Shown: in pieces, positions 1-12,750 of the stretch
Numbering within the stretch: position 1 is the stretch's first letter
How the letters are laid out: each line of letters begins with the position of its first letter
From: Takakia lepidozioides
Taxonomy: Eukaryota; Plantae; Bryophyta
Direction of reading: 5' to 3'
Length of the DNA: 64,000 nt
Assembly (NCBI GenBank): GCA_030704615.1
Contig: CM060734.1
Span: 22,506,001-22,570,000, forward strand
Notes under the pieces: generated by a model
Told to the model about the DNA's origin: nothing
What the model saw: the letters and a program-made list of their open reading frames with translations, nothing else
Database searches by the model: none
Translations under genes and position numbers: made by a program

Positions 1-634
1 ATGGCATTCATTGCACGGACACCATATTTGCCGCATATGCAGTCTCCTTGCATTTTGTTCTTCTTGTTGCCATAGAATTGCGTCTAACAGACGATCTGGG
101 TCAGAAGCTTCTGCCATGGTCTGAATGACTTGACCTCCCCACAAACTTACTAATTGTTTACTGTCTACTGCTCCAACTGACTACTATGCGTGCGTGACAA
201 TGTGAGTATGAGCCCTCACCCTGAGGTCTATTCTTTTTCTTTGTTCCAGTGTCTCCTTGTATGCATTTTCACCCCCTGGTGAAGCTCTATGAGGTGTCAT
301 TCTGTGATCTGGGCGACATTTCCAGCGACGATATGAAAGAGACTGAGAGGAAGAGTGCATACGAGGCCGCGAGAGATGCACGAGTGAAGAGTAACCTGGA
401 AACGCTGGCAATGCTAGACCTAACAAGCACGAAGGAAAGGTTCATGGTGCTGCATTGAAGTGAGCATATTTTGGCTTTCCGCAATACTTTAGTTTTTGCT
501 GCTTCTTTTCAAATTTTAGATTTTGGTTCTGTGCAAAACAAGGATGCGACGTCGCTGGCATTGTGCAGCTTAGCACAATTATCCTGGAGGCCAAGTAGGA
601 AAGAGAAGTTCGTGCATACTGGCCCTCCCCGCCA

Positions 635-740
635 GGGGTTGCTATTTCATGAGCGGCATGAGCATGAGCGAAAAAAAAAAATGCATGAGCGGACAATTGT
701 GTGTCCACGAAAATAGGGTTAGGAGGCACGGAAATAGGGT
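635..740 (+). mobile_element. Orphan terminus (TIR plus CATGAGC subterminal repeats) of the MULE group
   Basis: GGGGTTGCTATTTCATGAGCGGCATGAGCATGAGCG is nearly identical to the reverse complement of the 15795 terminus (GGGGCTGCTATTTCATGAGC). No matching partner end was identified. Confidence 0.75.
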
Positions 741-2304
741 CATTTGAAGCTGGAATGTGGCACCACTGGACTCGTCATAGCAATGAAATGCAACATTTTA
801 TTGCAAATTTTGTGGCAAGCCACATCTATACAAGTGTGTTCTAACTGTCATAGCCGGAATGGGCACTACTCTCCTACACCCTCCGAGGAACTTGCCCCAC
901 CTTCCTCCTCATCCCCCTCATCCCCCCCATCCTCTGAGCTTTGAGATGCATCAGTTCCACTACAGGTGGACCCTCCTCTACTGAGAGTGGTCTATCCAAT
1001 CCTGCAGGAATATGAAAATGTCCCCTGACTTGGGGCGAGAAGTCCCACGGGGTGAGATGCTTGTTAGGGCAGTTGCTAGGATCCCGGCACGCCATCGCCG
1101 ACTATTGAAAAGGCTGCCAGGAAGCAGAGAGGGTGCGCAGGGAAGTGGGAGTGTGGGAGGAGAGGAAGTGAGAGGAGCTCGGAGCGAGGAAGTGCTGTTG
1201 CAGTCTCGGTTTGAAACGCGTGGGTGACAAAGCCAGTGTCTCCCTCTCCTCTTCCCCTCCCTTTCCCGTGCCCCCCTATTTCCCTCTTCCCTCTTCTTGT
1301 CTTTCTCCCTCTTCCTTTCCTCCTCCTTCCACCTCATTGCGGCCTCCTTTGAAGCCTCCCTCTTCTCCCAAGGTGATGAGGAAACCCCCCCCCCCCCCCC
1401 CCCCCCCCCTTATAAGCCCTCTTGGCTATAGGAGAAGGGGAAAAGACATTGGTGCTGGGGGTAAGCTCAAGTTGCCCATACTTGGCGCCAGATCTGAGAA
1501 TGCGCTTCCCCACGTAAGTGTCAAGGCCCTCCATCAGCCCGTGGGGTGGCATTCTAGCCTGAACATTGGATGCACCACCCTGAAGTGGAGGCTCATCCTC
1601 AACCTCGACCTTCAAGGGCGTGGAGGCCTCGACGGCCTTATGGCTCGGTCCTCTCACATAGCTGCCTATAGGGCTGGTGAGTTTGCTCTTAGGGTTTTAA
1701 GGGTTACATAGTTTAGTTTAGGATTTAGTTTCATAGGTCAGTTTAGGGTTAGTTATAATATAGTTTGGTTTTTAGGGTTTCATTGTTGCGGGGTGGGGAC
1801 ATATGGCTTTACGTTTGGAGGGTTTGTTTTCTCAAGGTTTTACTAGGGTTGGGAGTGTAACTCCACCGAGGTTACAGTGGATCACAGTACGGTTGGGAGT
1901 AACATAACTCCACTAGAGGGGGGGATACGATTAATTAGGTTTTTAGAGTCAAGATGCAATAATTCCTCTACCTCTCTCTTGTGCTAGGTCATGCCGCGTG
2001 TTTATCGACGTGTCACGCCTGAGGATTCGCTGCCGGACGTACCGGCTGTGCCACAGCCACCTGCTGAGGGCGAGACATCACCTTCGCCTCGTCCACGAGT
2101 TAGGCGCCATTGCCATGTCCACCCTTTGCCCCCACGGCCACCACCCCGAGGTCGTAGGCCGCCGAGTCCAGAGGCACGAGCCCTGGGGAGACCCCGCCTC
2201 AACCGCCTCCCCAAGATTGACTGTTGGTGCAGTTGGTGTTGGGCATGACTACCGGTTGGGAGCACCAGACCGATGATGCGGCGACCCCATGTTGTGCATA
2301 AGAG

Positions 2305-3410
2305 GGAAAAAACAGGGTGAAATGTGTCGAAGAAGGTACCGTCATTCAGTGCCTGATTTTATCAATTGAGCCGCTGCTGCTGCGACTTCCAGTTCACCAT
2401 CTACCCATGCAGGTTTCTTATAACTATCCTTCCATAGGGAATCATAGGTAATCTGGAGCTTGAAATTCGGCCCTCTTGGATGAATCTGGACCCACACTCT
2501 ATCCCTGCTCCTTCAGCTATCCAGGCCTCTGCACAAATCATGCATACATCCTTGCCTTGCTGCTAGCAGCTGACAATGACAACCTAGAATTGTTTCAGCA
2601 AACACCCCAACCCTACTGACTTAGAGGCTGTAGTGTCCAAAGCCATGTCTATTTCCAGAAAATTATCTGATGAAAATGAAGTTAGGCAGAAAACTTCCCT
2701 GGACTTGTTTCTAGTCTGTGACATGGGGGAGGACATCTTGGATGACCTCAAGGGTCTTCCTACTCTCGGCACCTGACTGAAATTTAACTCAGGGTAGGAA
2801 TCCTTTGAATAGCAAACAAAAGCAAAGAGAAATGGAGAGTGCAATTGCACCCAACTCAACTAATCACGCTAGTTCCTATAGTCAATTGCATCTGCTACTC
2901 TCTGTAATCTGACAGGCATTCACCTTTTTGCCTCGGTTGTCCCACCATTTGTTGGGGTCAGAAGAGTATTCATCCCACAACTTCTCCTCATATCTATTAG
3001 CTATTTTTGGATATTTTCTTGTTGTCACATTGGTAGTATCATGTCAAAGTCTCTCCAAACAAGATTCACTCAACTAGCTAACTTGCAGAATTCAACATGG
3101 AAATTTAGGGCAGATTCTGATAAGAAGGAAAAACAGGGTGAAATGTGTTGAAGATGGTGCCTTCATTAGCAGTGCCTGATTTTATCCATTGTGCTGCTGC
3201 TGCTGCGGCTTCCAGTTGACCATCTGTTTCTTGTAGCTATCCTCCACAGGGAATCATAGGTAATCTGGAGCTTAAAATTCGGGCCTCTTGGATGAATCTG
3301 GACCCACAATCTATCACTGCACTCCTTCAACTATCCATGCCTGTGTACAAATCGTGAATACATCCTCAGCCTTGCTACCGCTAGTAGCTGACACTGACGC
3401 CCTAACCCTA
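2305..3410. repeat. Diverged direct duplication of ~285 bp (2305-2590 and 3126-3410)
   Basis: Both copies read gaaaaa(a)cagggtgaaatgtgt..gaaga...cagtgcctgattttatc...ggaatcataggtaatctggagctt..aaattcgg..ctcttggatgaatctggacccaca. Confidence 0.85.
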
Positions 3411-3582
3411 CCTACAATAACATGTCAAAATCACTCCAAAACCACCAACGAGCTTCTCCTCATCTATGTTATCTGTTTTTGGATACTTTCCTACTGCCAC
3501 ATCGGCAGTAACTTGTCAAAGTCACTCCTAACCACCACAGATCCACCTAACGAGATAACTTACATAATTCAATATGCATCTC

Positions 3583-4256
3583 AGGGCCGAGTCTGACAAG
3601 AGGGTAAAATAGGCAGAAATAGGTTGAAGAAGAAGGTGCCCTCACCACATTGTCAACCTTGACCTTGTGTCATGACCCATGGAGGATTTGACCAACCATC
3701 AACCCAATGAACCTCTTGTGTGTGCTGCTTGCGACTGTAGTTAGGTACTGTCGGATTGGTCTGTGATGGTACAGCTGAGCAGATATAGATTGAAACACGG
3801 CCTGCTAAGACCAAGCTGACTCTCCCAAGAACCTTGTAAACATCAGGAAGAATACCAAATCATGGTACTAACAGGAGCCAAGAGCCCACAGTTGCGGGAT
3901 AGACAAACTTCTTCACATTGTACATTAAGAAAAAGCCATACCTTGCGATTGCAGTTGTCGCACCATCATGAAGGATCTTTAAAAAAACTCATGCCAGCTC
4001 TACTCCGTGCTGCAAGTTCAGGGCTGAGTCTGATGAGAGGGCGAATCAGGCTGAAATAGGTCAAAGAAGAAGGTGCCCTCACCACATTGTCCTCGACCTT
4101 GTGTCATGACCCATCGAGGATTTGACTGACCACCTCTTGTGTGTGCTGCTTGTGTCTGTAGTCAGGTAATGTCGGATTGGTCTGCGAGAACCACCATGGT
4201 GCAGCTGAACGGGCCGAGATTGAAACACGACCTACTAAGACCAAGCCGACTCTCCG
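3583..4256. repeat. Diverged direct duplication of ~240 bp (3583-3825 and 4020-4256)
   Basis: Shared aagaagaaggtgccctcaccacattgtc...gaccttgtgtcatgacccat...tgtcggattggtctg...agattgaaacacg...ctaagaccaagc. Confidence 0.85.
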
Positions 4257-4489
4257 TACTATTGAGGGAAAGGGAAAATGCTGAAAGCAGGCGGTTCACA
4301 ACCACCACAGAAAGAGACATTGCCATGGGCAATGAACAACGTGCCAGCTCGCTCTCCCTCTCTTAGTGCTCACTTTGCTCACACAGCTTCTCTCTCTCAC
4401 GTTTTGCCACAGCCACTTTGTAATTCTCAATTCCAATATGCAATGTCGTGATCTCTTCTCTACTTCCCTGCTCTGCCCCACACTTGTTC

Positions 4490-5017
4490 AAAGCACCCCC
4501 CTACTCCACCACCCCCCCCTCTTTCCCCCTGTCGCGATTCAGTGCTGCCATTGCGCGCGTGATGAGCATTCTGGACCACCTGCAATCCATGACGCAAAGT
4601 ACCACGTCCCTACCAACACACCCTGCACTACCCGCTCTTTCAGCCACTACTCCCCACATAACATCCGGTGCAATGCATGGCTTCCCCACTGTTCGTTCCC
4701 CATTAACATACATAACTACACCCCCACGCCCCGCCTCTTCCTGCCACCCTCTCACATCCTTCGCCATCGCCCCAGAGTGAGCAGCTTTCCACTCCCTGCC
4801 CACCCAACCTTGCCCGTCACAATAACCCATCACATGCCCTGCTCCTGGCACGTGGCTGATGATCATATGCGCCACATAACCCCTATTCAAAAATCCCAAT
4901 CATTCCGCCTGGATAGTCCATGGCACCTTAACTGTCATTTCCCCCACTCACGAATGCCCTCATCAACACTCATCCTTACCCCCACTCATCCAGCCACGCA
5001 ACTCATCCCCCCTGACC
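4490..5017 (+). mobile_element. Probable 5' portion of LINE copy 1, separated from the rest by the MULE insertion
   Basis: The same extreme C-rich strand bias resumes at 15796, and a degenerate 9-bp target-site duplication (TSD) links the two sides. The 5' boundary is uncertain. Confidence 0.55.
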
Positions 5018-5847
5018 GAGGTTTACTATTTCATGAGCAGAAACCATGAGCCATGAGCCATGAGCCGCATGAGCCGCATGAGCGGTGAGCCGAAGTCTAA
5101 GACACGCGGATTTCATGAGCGGACTCCTCCAAATTTGGAAATGCGGCAGATTAAACAAGTATTAAAATAATAGTTTTATATTTGACCTTGCCGTTTTTGG
5201 AAGTTACAGATCCTGTAATGCGGCGAAGATATGTCGTCAGTAACAACTCCGCTCATGGTTTTTTAGATCCGCTCACGGAAATGAGTGACCGTGCAACGAG
5301 AAATCCAGTATACCACGGCAAAAGGACGTCGCATACTGGCCTGTATAGAGTATTCCGCGGTTTTACATGCCTTAACATTGGAATGAAGCTGACCCTTTTG
5401 CCGCGACTGAACCAATAGAGTCTGCACAATTCTATCATCTTCCAGTATTCGGCGGGAAAGTTTTGCAAGTGAACTAGGAAATGCGGTGCCGCATTAGGGT
5501 TTGCACGTGCGAAATTTCTCAGCGGTTTGGTGTTGCTGACTGCCGCATCTACCAGTACCTACGACGTTACTTGGAAATGCGGCGCCGCATTTCCTTGCTG
5601 GGGGTCGAATGAGGAAAGCAAAGTTTGGGAGAGCTGAAAAACATGAACCCTCCAACACACAAAAATACATGCACGTGGAAACACGAGTGAATGACATAGT
5701 ATTATCGACGTTCGAGCAAAACAGGTTACTGGTAGGCAAGACATAAGTCGGACCTTTCTGTGGCCAGAGTCAGAGCTACTTGTAGCAGTACAGTTCTACT
5801 ATCCGAAAAGGATGGGCGTACCATTGTGTTGGGACCGCAAGCCAAGG

Positions 5848-8800
5848 TCACTGGTCCCCTGGATCCATATTCAGAAGAGTGTGCACCTCTTGGGGGCTCA
5901 ACCCTGGTGCATGTATGAAGTGATGAGTTGTGGAATTACACCGGAGTCTCTTTAGGTACACGTAGTACATATGCTTGCAAAGGCAGTATGATGCCCCCTT
6001 GTTCGCCATGATCTGAAAGTCGGTGCAATTGCAGGTGGGTAATTCTGAAATGGTGATGGTGTACACCTCATTGCGAACAGCTGAGCCTGCCGTGGCCATC
6101 TGATACACACGCCCAAAGCCTGGTGGGGGCACTTCTGTCGAGCTCTGGATTGTACAGTTCATCCGAAGTGCATTCCCCATCCTCGTCTCATTCACTTTTG
6201 AGGGAGGTCGCCGCCTCTTCGGTTTCCCCCAACGGTGTGTAGGATGCTTAGAGCTGTCGGGTCCCATTGTTCTTGCTCTCACAGGGGTCGGTGGTGGAGG
6301 CTGTGGAAGCGGAAATGGTTGTCTGGGGACGTCAGTGCGCTGCACCATCCGAAATCCTGCGGCGGTAAGGGCGTCGGCCTCAACCTGACTCAGATCGCAG
6401 CCTGGTTCCACCGGCCACACCGGGGGAGCCTCTGGCATTGTTTGTATGCCATACTTGGGCTTTCCATACACGCAAGTCATAATGTCGTGCCTGCAGAACC
6501 AGAACTGGGTGGTTGTCGCCTCCGCAAACTTTGAATCTTCCTGTAAAAGTAGGAGCAGGGACAGCACCATCTGGATTCCTCCTTATCATCTCTAAACAAC
6601 GTTGGCGTGTATCCACTCGAATTGCGGAACACCTGCCTCGAAACGACGGCTTTGTGCGAGCAATTCTCCACTGTGACGCAGACACAGTCGTCTCCACAAT
6701 GGCTTGGCCATACTGCATAACAGCGGGCGGAATCTGGGGCAAGCGAGCGGTGGGAATTTCTCGCACGGAATCCCCGCTTGAAGGCGATGGCGATCTGGAA
6801 TTCCTTGGGCTTCAATTGCTGGAAGACACATTGTGCGGCAACATGACGGGCCCTCGAGGTGCTGTCCGAATGTTCCTGTCGGATCTCCAGGAATCCTCTT
6901 CGCACCCGGGTTCCTCTTCAATCCTCCGCCTCACAGGGCGAGTACGGACGTACCCCTCTAGGTGTTCACCTCTGCGGTGCAGAGGCGTCCCTTTGATCTT
7001 CTCTCGCAATGCTGTCGCCCATTTCAGTGGATTCTTCGACCTCGAAGCTGTTCGCACCAACAATTCCTCCCTATCCGGCCCAAAGCCCCATTGTTTCCCG
7101 CTCATGAACTTGTAGTATGTGGCTTGCTGCATGATTGCTCTGTTGATGTCCTCCGTTGTGGCCGTCATTACGTCCACCAGATGTGCGGCAGAAGACGCTC
7201 GCCAGGAGGAGTGCACTGATTTTGCCATATTCGTGTTCGGCATGTCCGTGTCGGAATCCAAGCACCGCTCCTACAAAGACACAGACAATGGTGAGGAACC
7301 AATGGAAAGGTCCGTAATAGAAAGACAATTGCACGAAAATGACAGCATCATACCTCCCGCATGTACTGTCTGAACTGTCGATACCGGAAATGCCACCACC
7401 CCAACCAGCTGTGCAAGGCTCCCAAATTGGTTGTCTCCACTGCACCTGACGTGTTCCACCAAGCCTCGATGATAGCAAACTTAACCTCCGCGTCATCAAA
7501 TGTGGGTGCATCCTTCCACTCGTACAAAGGACACGGTGTTTAGCCTGGAATGAGCTAGCAACAAATTTGGTAGTGTAGTGGGATAGACTCTACATCCAAT
7601 GGAATCCACAGGATCTCTCTTTCCCCTCCATTGGAACATTGGGGTCCTCACCGTACACACACCGCACCGCTGCCTAGTTGGCCTGAGCGTTGTCTGCCAT
7701 GAATCCCCTGAAATTGGGCTCTGGCAATCCCGCCCTTGCCATCTGCTCGTTTATGCCCTCCCACAGATGCATCTCCGACTGTGTGTCCTCCCCTTTCATC
7801 TCGCTGATTGCAATCGTCATGAGCCTCTTGGAGTGATAGTCATAAACATGCGCACCCATAGTCACCCACTGATGGTTTGTAATTCGCTTGATGTGATCAA
7901 ACATCACCCAAGCATTCGACAGGTTTCCAGTTGTCATGCGAGTGACCAAGTCGACTCCACTCCCAGGCCCACACGTCGACATTTTAAAAATGTAACAACG
8001 ATCGGATTCGCTGCCTTGCCCTGGAAACCTGCTACCTTGGATGTAGTCATATCCAGTCATTCGTTTCACCTCCAGGATTGAGTGCATGTCCGACCCCCGG
8101 CCGAACTCCTGCTTGCAAGATACGATGTGATTCCGCACATTCGGACTACAAACGTGCGAGACGGACTCCAACAAGTCAAGCATCTCCTTTTCGTTCAAGG
8201 GCACTCGGTCTGAACCATCTTCAGACATGATTTTTCCAAGAGCAATCTTGTGGGCTGCCTTCAGCTGAATCTGCTTTGGTCTTGCTCCGGGGCTCAATTT
8301 TACCTCCTCTTTTATGATGTCGTGTGCTTCCTGCACAGCCTCACGCATGTTGCCTCTCGCCAAGGGGTGGCAGTGGACCCCAACGTGTATGCAAGCTCTA
8401 GTCAAGTCCGGGAGCAAATGGATAATGTAATATTGCTTGGCTCTGCACATGGACATGCACGTCGGTGGTTCTTTTGCAATGTGCGCACTTGAAAGTACCC
8501 GCAGGAGCTTGGCTGGAGACAATGAATGGATGATGCGTTGTGCCAGTCCAATCCGTCTCGTTTCTCCGCCCTCCTTTCGAAAGAAAGTGGAAGCAGGCGG
8601 GATTCAGGCACCTCAGCTTCCCCGCACAGAGGACGTATCGTACATGAACACCATCAGCAATTTTCGTGCTACTGGTCTTCGTCACACACCAGGGGTGTCC
8701 GTCATGCTTTCGATCCATGTCTGTTAACATCCCTGAGGCTTTGTTTGAGGAAGTGACAGGTGGAAACTCGAAGATGACATTGCCATCGACTTCGGGAGGC

Positions 8801-9447
8801 AGATACGTTACCTTCCTGACCGGAAATTTGGCATAGTCGAGAGCAGCCAGCTCGGAGCAAGAACCATCGAGGTGATGTTGCCGTAGGAGCTGCACAATGG
8901 ACCGGGTTGGAGTTATGCTCGAGAGTACTTGCGTAGCACCTGCAGAGACGTCCATGTCGGATTTGAACGACCGTGTGGAGGACATGGGGATCTCAATGCA
9001 CTCATCTTCATCGTCGGAAATGTCGAATACGTCCACACGAGAAGCTATGGAGGGTCTTGACGGTCCAGGTCGGGAATGATTATCGTTGCATACCTCTCTG
9101 TCGGCAGTGGCCGCCTGTCGGTTTCCGGACTCCTTTGTGGATGGTGTGGGCAGCGACTGATTCAGAAAGGGAATGGGCATTCCCACAGCTCGGTATAGGA
9201 TGGTGTCTAATGGGGGTACGTGCCATTCGATTCCGCAACCTCCGTCATTACCTAGCACGACAATGGTCTCGTCAATCTGTCCAGGAACATCCTTCCTTTC
9301 TTCTTCCAAGTAAACTGTGCCCGGTTTGAGCTTGAATTTAGAACAAAGGTAAGTTTCAGTCACTCTACAAAGTCCTCCCTCGTTTGGGATCCAGGCTCTC
9401 CCAAGTTGCGGAGGACAGCAAACTATAGCGTAGGAATTCGGAGCCAT
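5848..9447 (-). pseudogene. MULE-type transposase: GCM/WRKY-like zinc DNA-binding domain, DDE core, C-terminal SWIM finger (frameshifts and stops)
   Basis: GCM-like region DGHPW...CAGKLRCLNPAC...CAHC...IHVGVHCH. Core motifs WVMFDH and FMADNAQAN*, then CxxH motif SCGFHW (~7596-7613) and PNTNMAKSVH (expected catalytic E appears as K). SWIM finger YTITISELPTCNCTDF...CKHMYYV. Frameshift near 8480-8520; probable intron near 7265-7370. Confidence 0.85.
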
Positions 9448-9825
9448 CGAACACCACACGAAGTTGGCAAGTGCGAGGTTCAGTATAGCGACAGACGAAG
9501 GCTCACAGTCACTATGCGGAGTCCATCGACGATTGGAAGTCGCACATTGAAGTGGAAAGTATAGTTTCAAGCTACATGCATGAAGGTGGGAGGTGTGATT
9601 CCATAGCCAGTAAGTTAGACAATGATGGCCGAATCGGCGACGAAATAACATCTCCTGACAGTTTCTCCTGAGGGTGGATCCAGCAGTATTCTCGGTACGG
9701 ACAGGAGCGTTCGCACTGACAAGTGCCAGGACTGTTAGTTAAAACGGTCAGACAACCTAGTGTGCTCATCAAGACTGGCCGCAATTCTGTTGTCGGAACA
9801 ATGCAACCCATTCAGGTTCAGCATG

Positions 9826-11436
9826 CGGAAATGAGGTTTCAGATTTCCGTCCGGAGTGATTCTTTCGATTGCTGCTGGACGGAAATACGGAGCCGCATTT
9901 CCGTATTGCGTCTTGGTCATGCACCAGAGCGACGGAAATGCGGCACCGAATTTCCGTCCGGGGGAAACCTTTACACTCTCCAGAACGGAAATGCGGTAAC
10001 GCATTTCCATCCAGCAAGCACGGTATGTGAAGGTGGAACGGAAATGCGGTACCGCATTTCCGTTCTGATTGAGAATCATGAACAAAGGGAAAAGAAATGC
10101 GGCACCGCATTTCCGTCCGAGTCGCACTTTCCGACATTCCATAACGGGAATGCGGCGCCGCATTTCCGTCCGAGTCGCACTTTCCGACATTCCAGAACGG
10201 AAATGCGGCATCGCATTTCCATCCGGGTGAGACCTTCAAACTCTCCAGAACGGAAATGCGGTAACGCATTTCCATCCAGCAAGCACGGTATGTGAAGGTG
10301 GAACGGAAATGCGGTACCGCATTTCCGTTCTGATTGAGAATTATGAACAACGGGAACAGAAATGCGGCACCGCATTTCCGTCCGAGTGGCACTTTCCGAC
10401 ATTCCAGAACGGAAATGCGGCGCCGCATTTCCGTTTTGTATCTGATGCATGGAGCCGAGTGCAATTGCGATCGCTGAGACAGCGCAATTCCGACCGCTTC
10501 AGACATTCAGACTATCCAGAACGGAAATGAGGTACCGCATTTCCGTTCTGACTGTAAATCGTGAACCATCGGAACTGAAATGCGGCAGCGCATTTCCATC
10601 CGAGTCGCACCTCCCTCACAAGCTAGAACGGAAATGCGGCACCGCATTTCCATTCTTATGAAAAATCGTGAAACTTCGGAACTGAAATGTGGTACAGCAT
10701 TTCCGTCGGAGTCGCACCTTCCGACATTCCAAAACGGAAATACGGCGCCGCATTTCCGTTTTGTATGTGAGGCATAGAGCTTTGGAACGAAAATGCGGCA
10801 CCGCATTTCCGCCAGGGTCAGACCTTAATACTCTACAGAACGGTAATGCGGTACCGCATTTCTGTTCTGACTGAAAATCGTCAACAGCAGGAACAGAAAT
10901 GCGTCGCAACTTCCGACATTCTAGAACGGAAATGCGGCGCCCGCATTTCCGTTTTGTATATGAGGCCTTGAGCTGTGGACGGAAATGCGATGCCGCATTT
11001 CCATCCATGTGAGACCTTCAAACTTTCCAGACCGGAAATGCGGCACCGCATTTCCGTTCAGCTGAGACCTCTATACTTTCCCGAACGGAAATGTGGCACG
11101 GCATTTCCGTTCATCAACGAAGGTATGTGAAGGGGGAACGGAAATGCGGTACCGCATTTCCGTTCAGATTGAAAATCATGAACCACGGGAACTGAAATGT
11201 TGTGCCGCATTTCCCTTTTGTATCTCATACATGGAGCTGTGGGACGGAAATGCGGCACCGTATTTCCGTTCAACAACTAAGGTATGTGAAGGTGGAACGG
11301 AAATGCGGTGCCGCATTTTCTTCCAACAAACACGGATGTGTAGCTTCGTGATGGTACTTAACGGAAATACGGCGCCGCATTCGCATTTTCACTCCAACTC
11401 CAAATTTGAACACGTGGAGCAACGGAATTGCGGCAC
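9826..11436. repeat. Palindrome array 1: about 30 copies of ACGGAAATGCGG-YR-CCGCATTTCCGT, mostly at a 53-bp period, with about 5 recurring spacer types
   Basis: Units start near 9879, 9932, 9985, 10038, 10091, 10144, 10197, 10250, 10303 and onward to ~11297. Recurring spacers include ccgagtcgcactttccgacattcc, aaggtatgtgaaggtgga and ctgattgagaatcatgaac. Confidence 0.95.
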
Positions 11437-11707
11437 ATGTCTGCACTCTATCTGATTGAAGTGGCATGAGGCGGCGCGGCCTGACCGTTGGATAATGATG
11501 TTTGTTTTCGGACGACAGTCGTATCCTGATCGATTTGAATTTCGTAATGACGCAAAGTCCACGAGGAGACACTTTCCTCCAACCCTTTCGAACCCAAGTG
11601 TTACATCACCGCCGTTTCATCTGCTTTTGTTGTGTCTCCTCAGTCACCCCTCTCGCGCCCTTTCCATCTGCACTCTTCGCCCCTTTTCCCTGTCTCTTTT
11701 CTTCTTA

Positions 11708-12613
11708 TGCTCGAACTGAGAGGGAGGGAGTGCGTGCACCAGAGAAGAGACATCGTCGCAAGCTCCGAAAATTGTACTTCGGACGTAGGCCAATGCCGAA
11801 GGGAGGAAGCAAATGCGTCTACAGGAGGAGATTGCCATCTCGCAGCATCAGGCCACGCAGGCAACCCAGCCACCAGTGAGAGCTCCGTGCTATCGGGATT
11901 CGCCAGCTGATCGAGCACCGAAACCCGCCTCATTTTTCTTCTGCAATTCTTAGACTGTATGCTAGGAGACTTGACTGCAGAAGATGTTTGCATGCCTAAC
12001 CGGAAAGGTGGACGTGCTGGAGGGATCGCAGGAATCCGAGGAGCCGCAGGCAGAGTCCGTGGAGCTAGCTGCAGCACGCACACCCAGCCGATCCACGAGC
12101 ACGGGTCTTCCTGCCGGTCCTAGCCCTGTGCGTTTCAAGGACGCGGCTTCCAAGGCCAAGTCTTTGCAGTTCAAAGCCCCAGAGAGCGACTAGAAGAATG
12201 TCTCGTTCTTTGCGAGGGCCGACTTCATGACGAGCCGGTGAAGGACTACTCCCTTCCTAGTTATGCAGCTAAACTCGCAAATACAGTGATTAGACGATGT
12301 GAGAATCCCAGTAAAGTATAGCAGATTTTGGAGAGGGCTAGGGAGGACAGAAGGATAAGGAAAGAGTTAGCAAACAGCTGAGGCAGGTAGACGGGGTGCG
12401 AAAGTTCATATGTGATTCAGCGATGAGAGCGATGCAGACAGGGAGGACGACGAGCCAACGGAGGTGAGATGGTCGGTTCTGCAAGGTGAAGATGGGATTT
12501 TCGAAAGCCTGGCCAACGACCAGTCCGCTGGAGATGAGAAAGGCAATGACAAGGTGGAGGCGGAGCAGGACAGTCAAGAACAGGCCGACAGTAGTGATGA
12601 TTTTCAAGATTAA
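11708..12613 (+). pseudogene. Degenerate unknown gene between the two arrays, with an acidic C-terminus
   Basis: Broken ORFs (…EGSQESEEPQAESVE…, …SDESDADREDDEPTE…DSSDDFQD*) with several in-frame stops; no recognisable domain. Confidence 0.35.
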
Positions 12614-12750
12614 TACAATTTTAATGAACTCTCTGTACATTTAAATTCAATTCTAGAGTATAAAAATGGAATTCTCCCCGTCCTTCATGTCCCCTCTCCC
12701 ACGTGCTTCTAAACGACAACATCGTCCAAACCTGGTCCCTCCCAAAATCA

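Noticed and set aside
249-458. Short ORF with SAYEAARDARVKSNLETLAMLDL
   Set aside because: It resembles a helical motif common in TE-associated proteins but is too short to assign.
1686-1850. Telomere-like TTTAGGG motifs
   Set aside because: These are scattered single copies rather than an array, typical of telo-box-rich plant leader or intron sequence.
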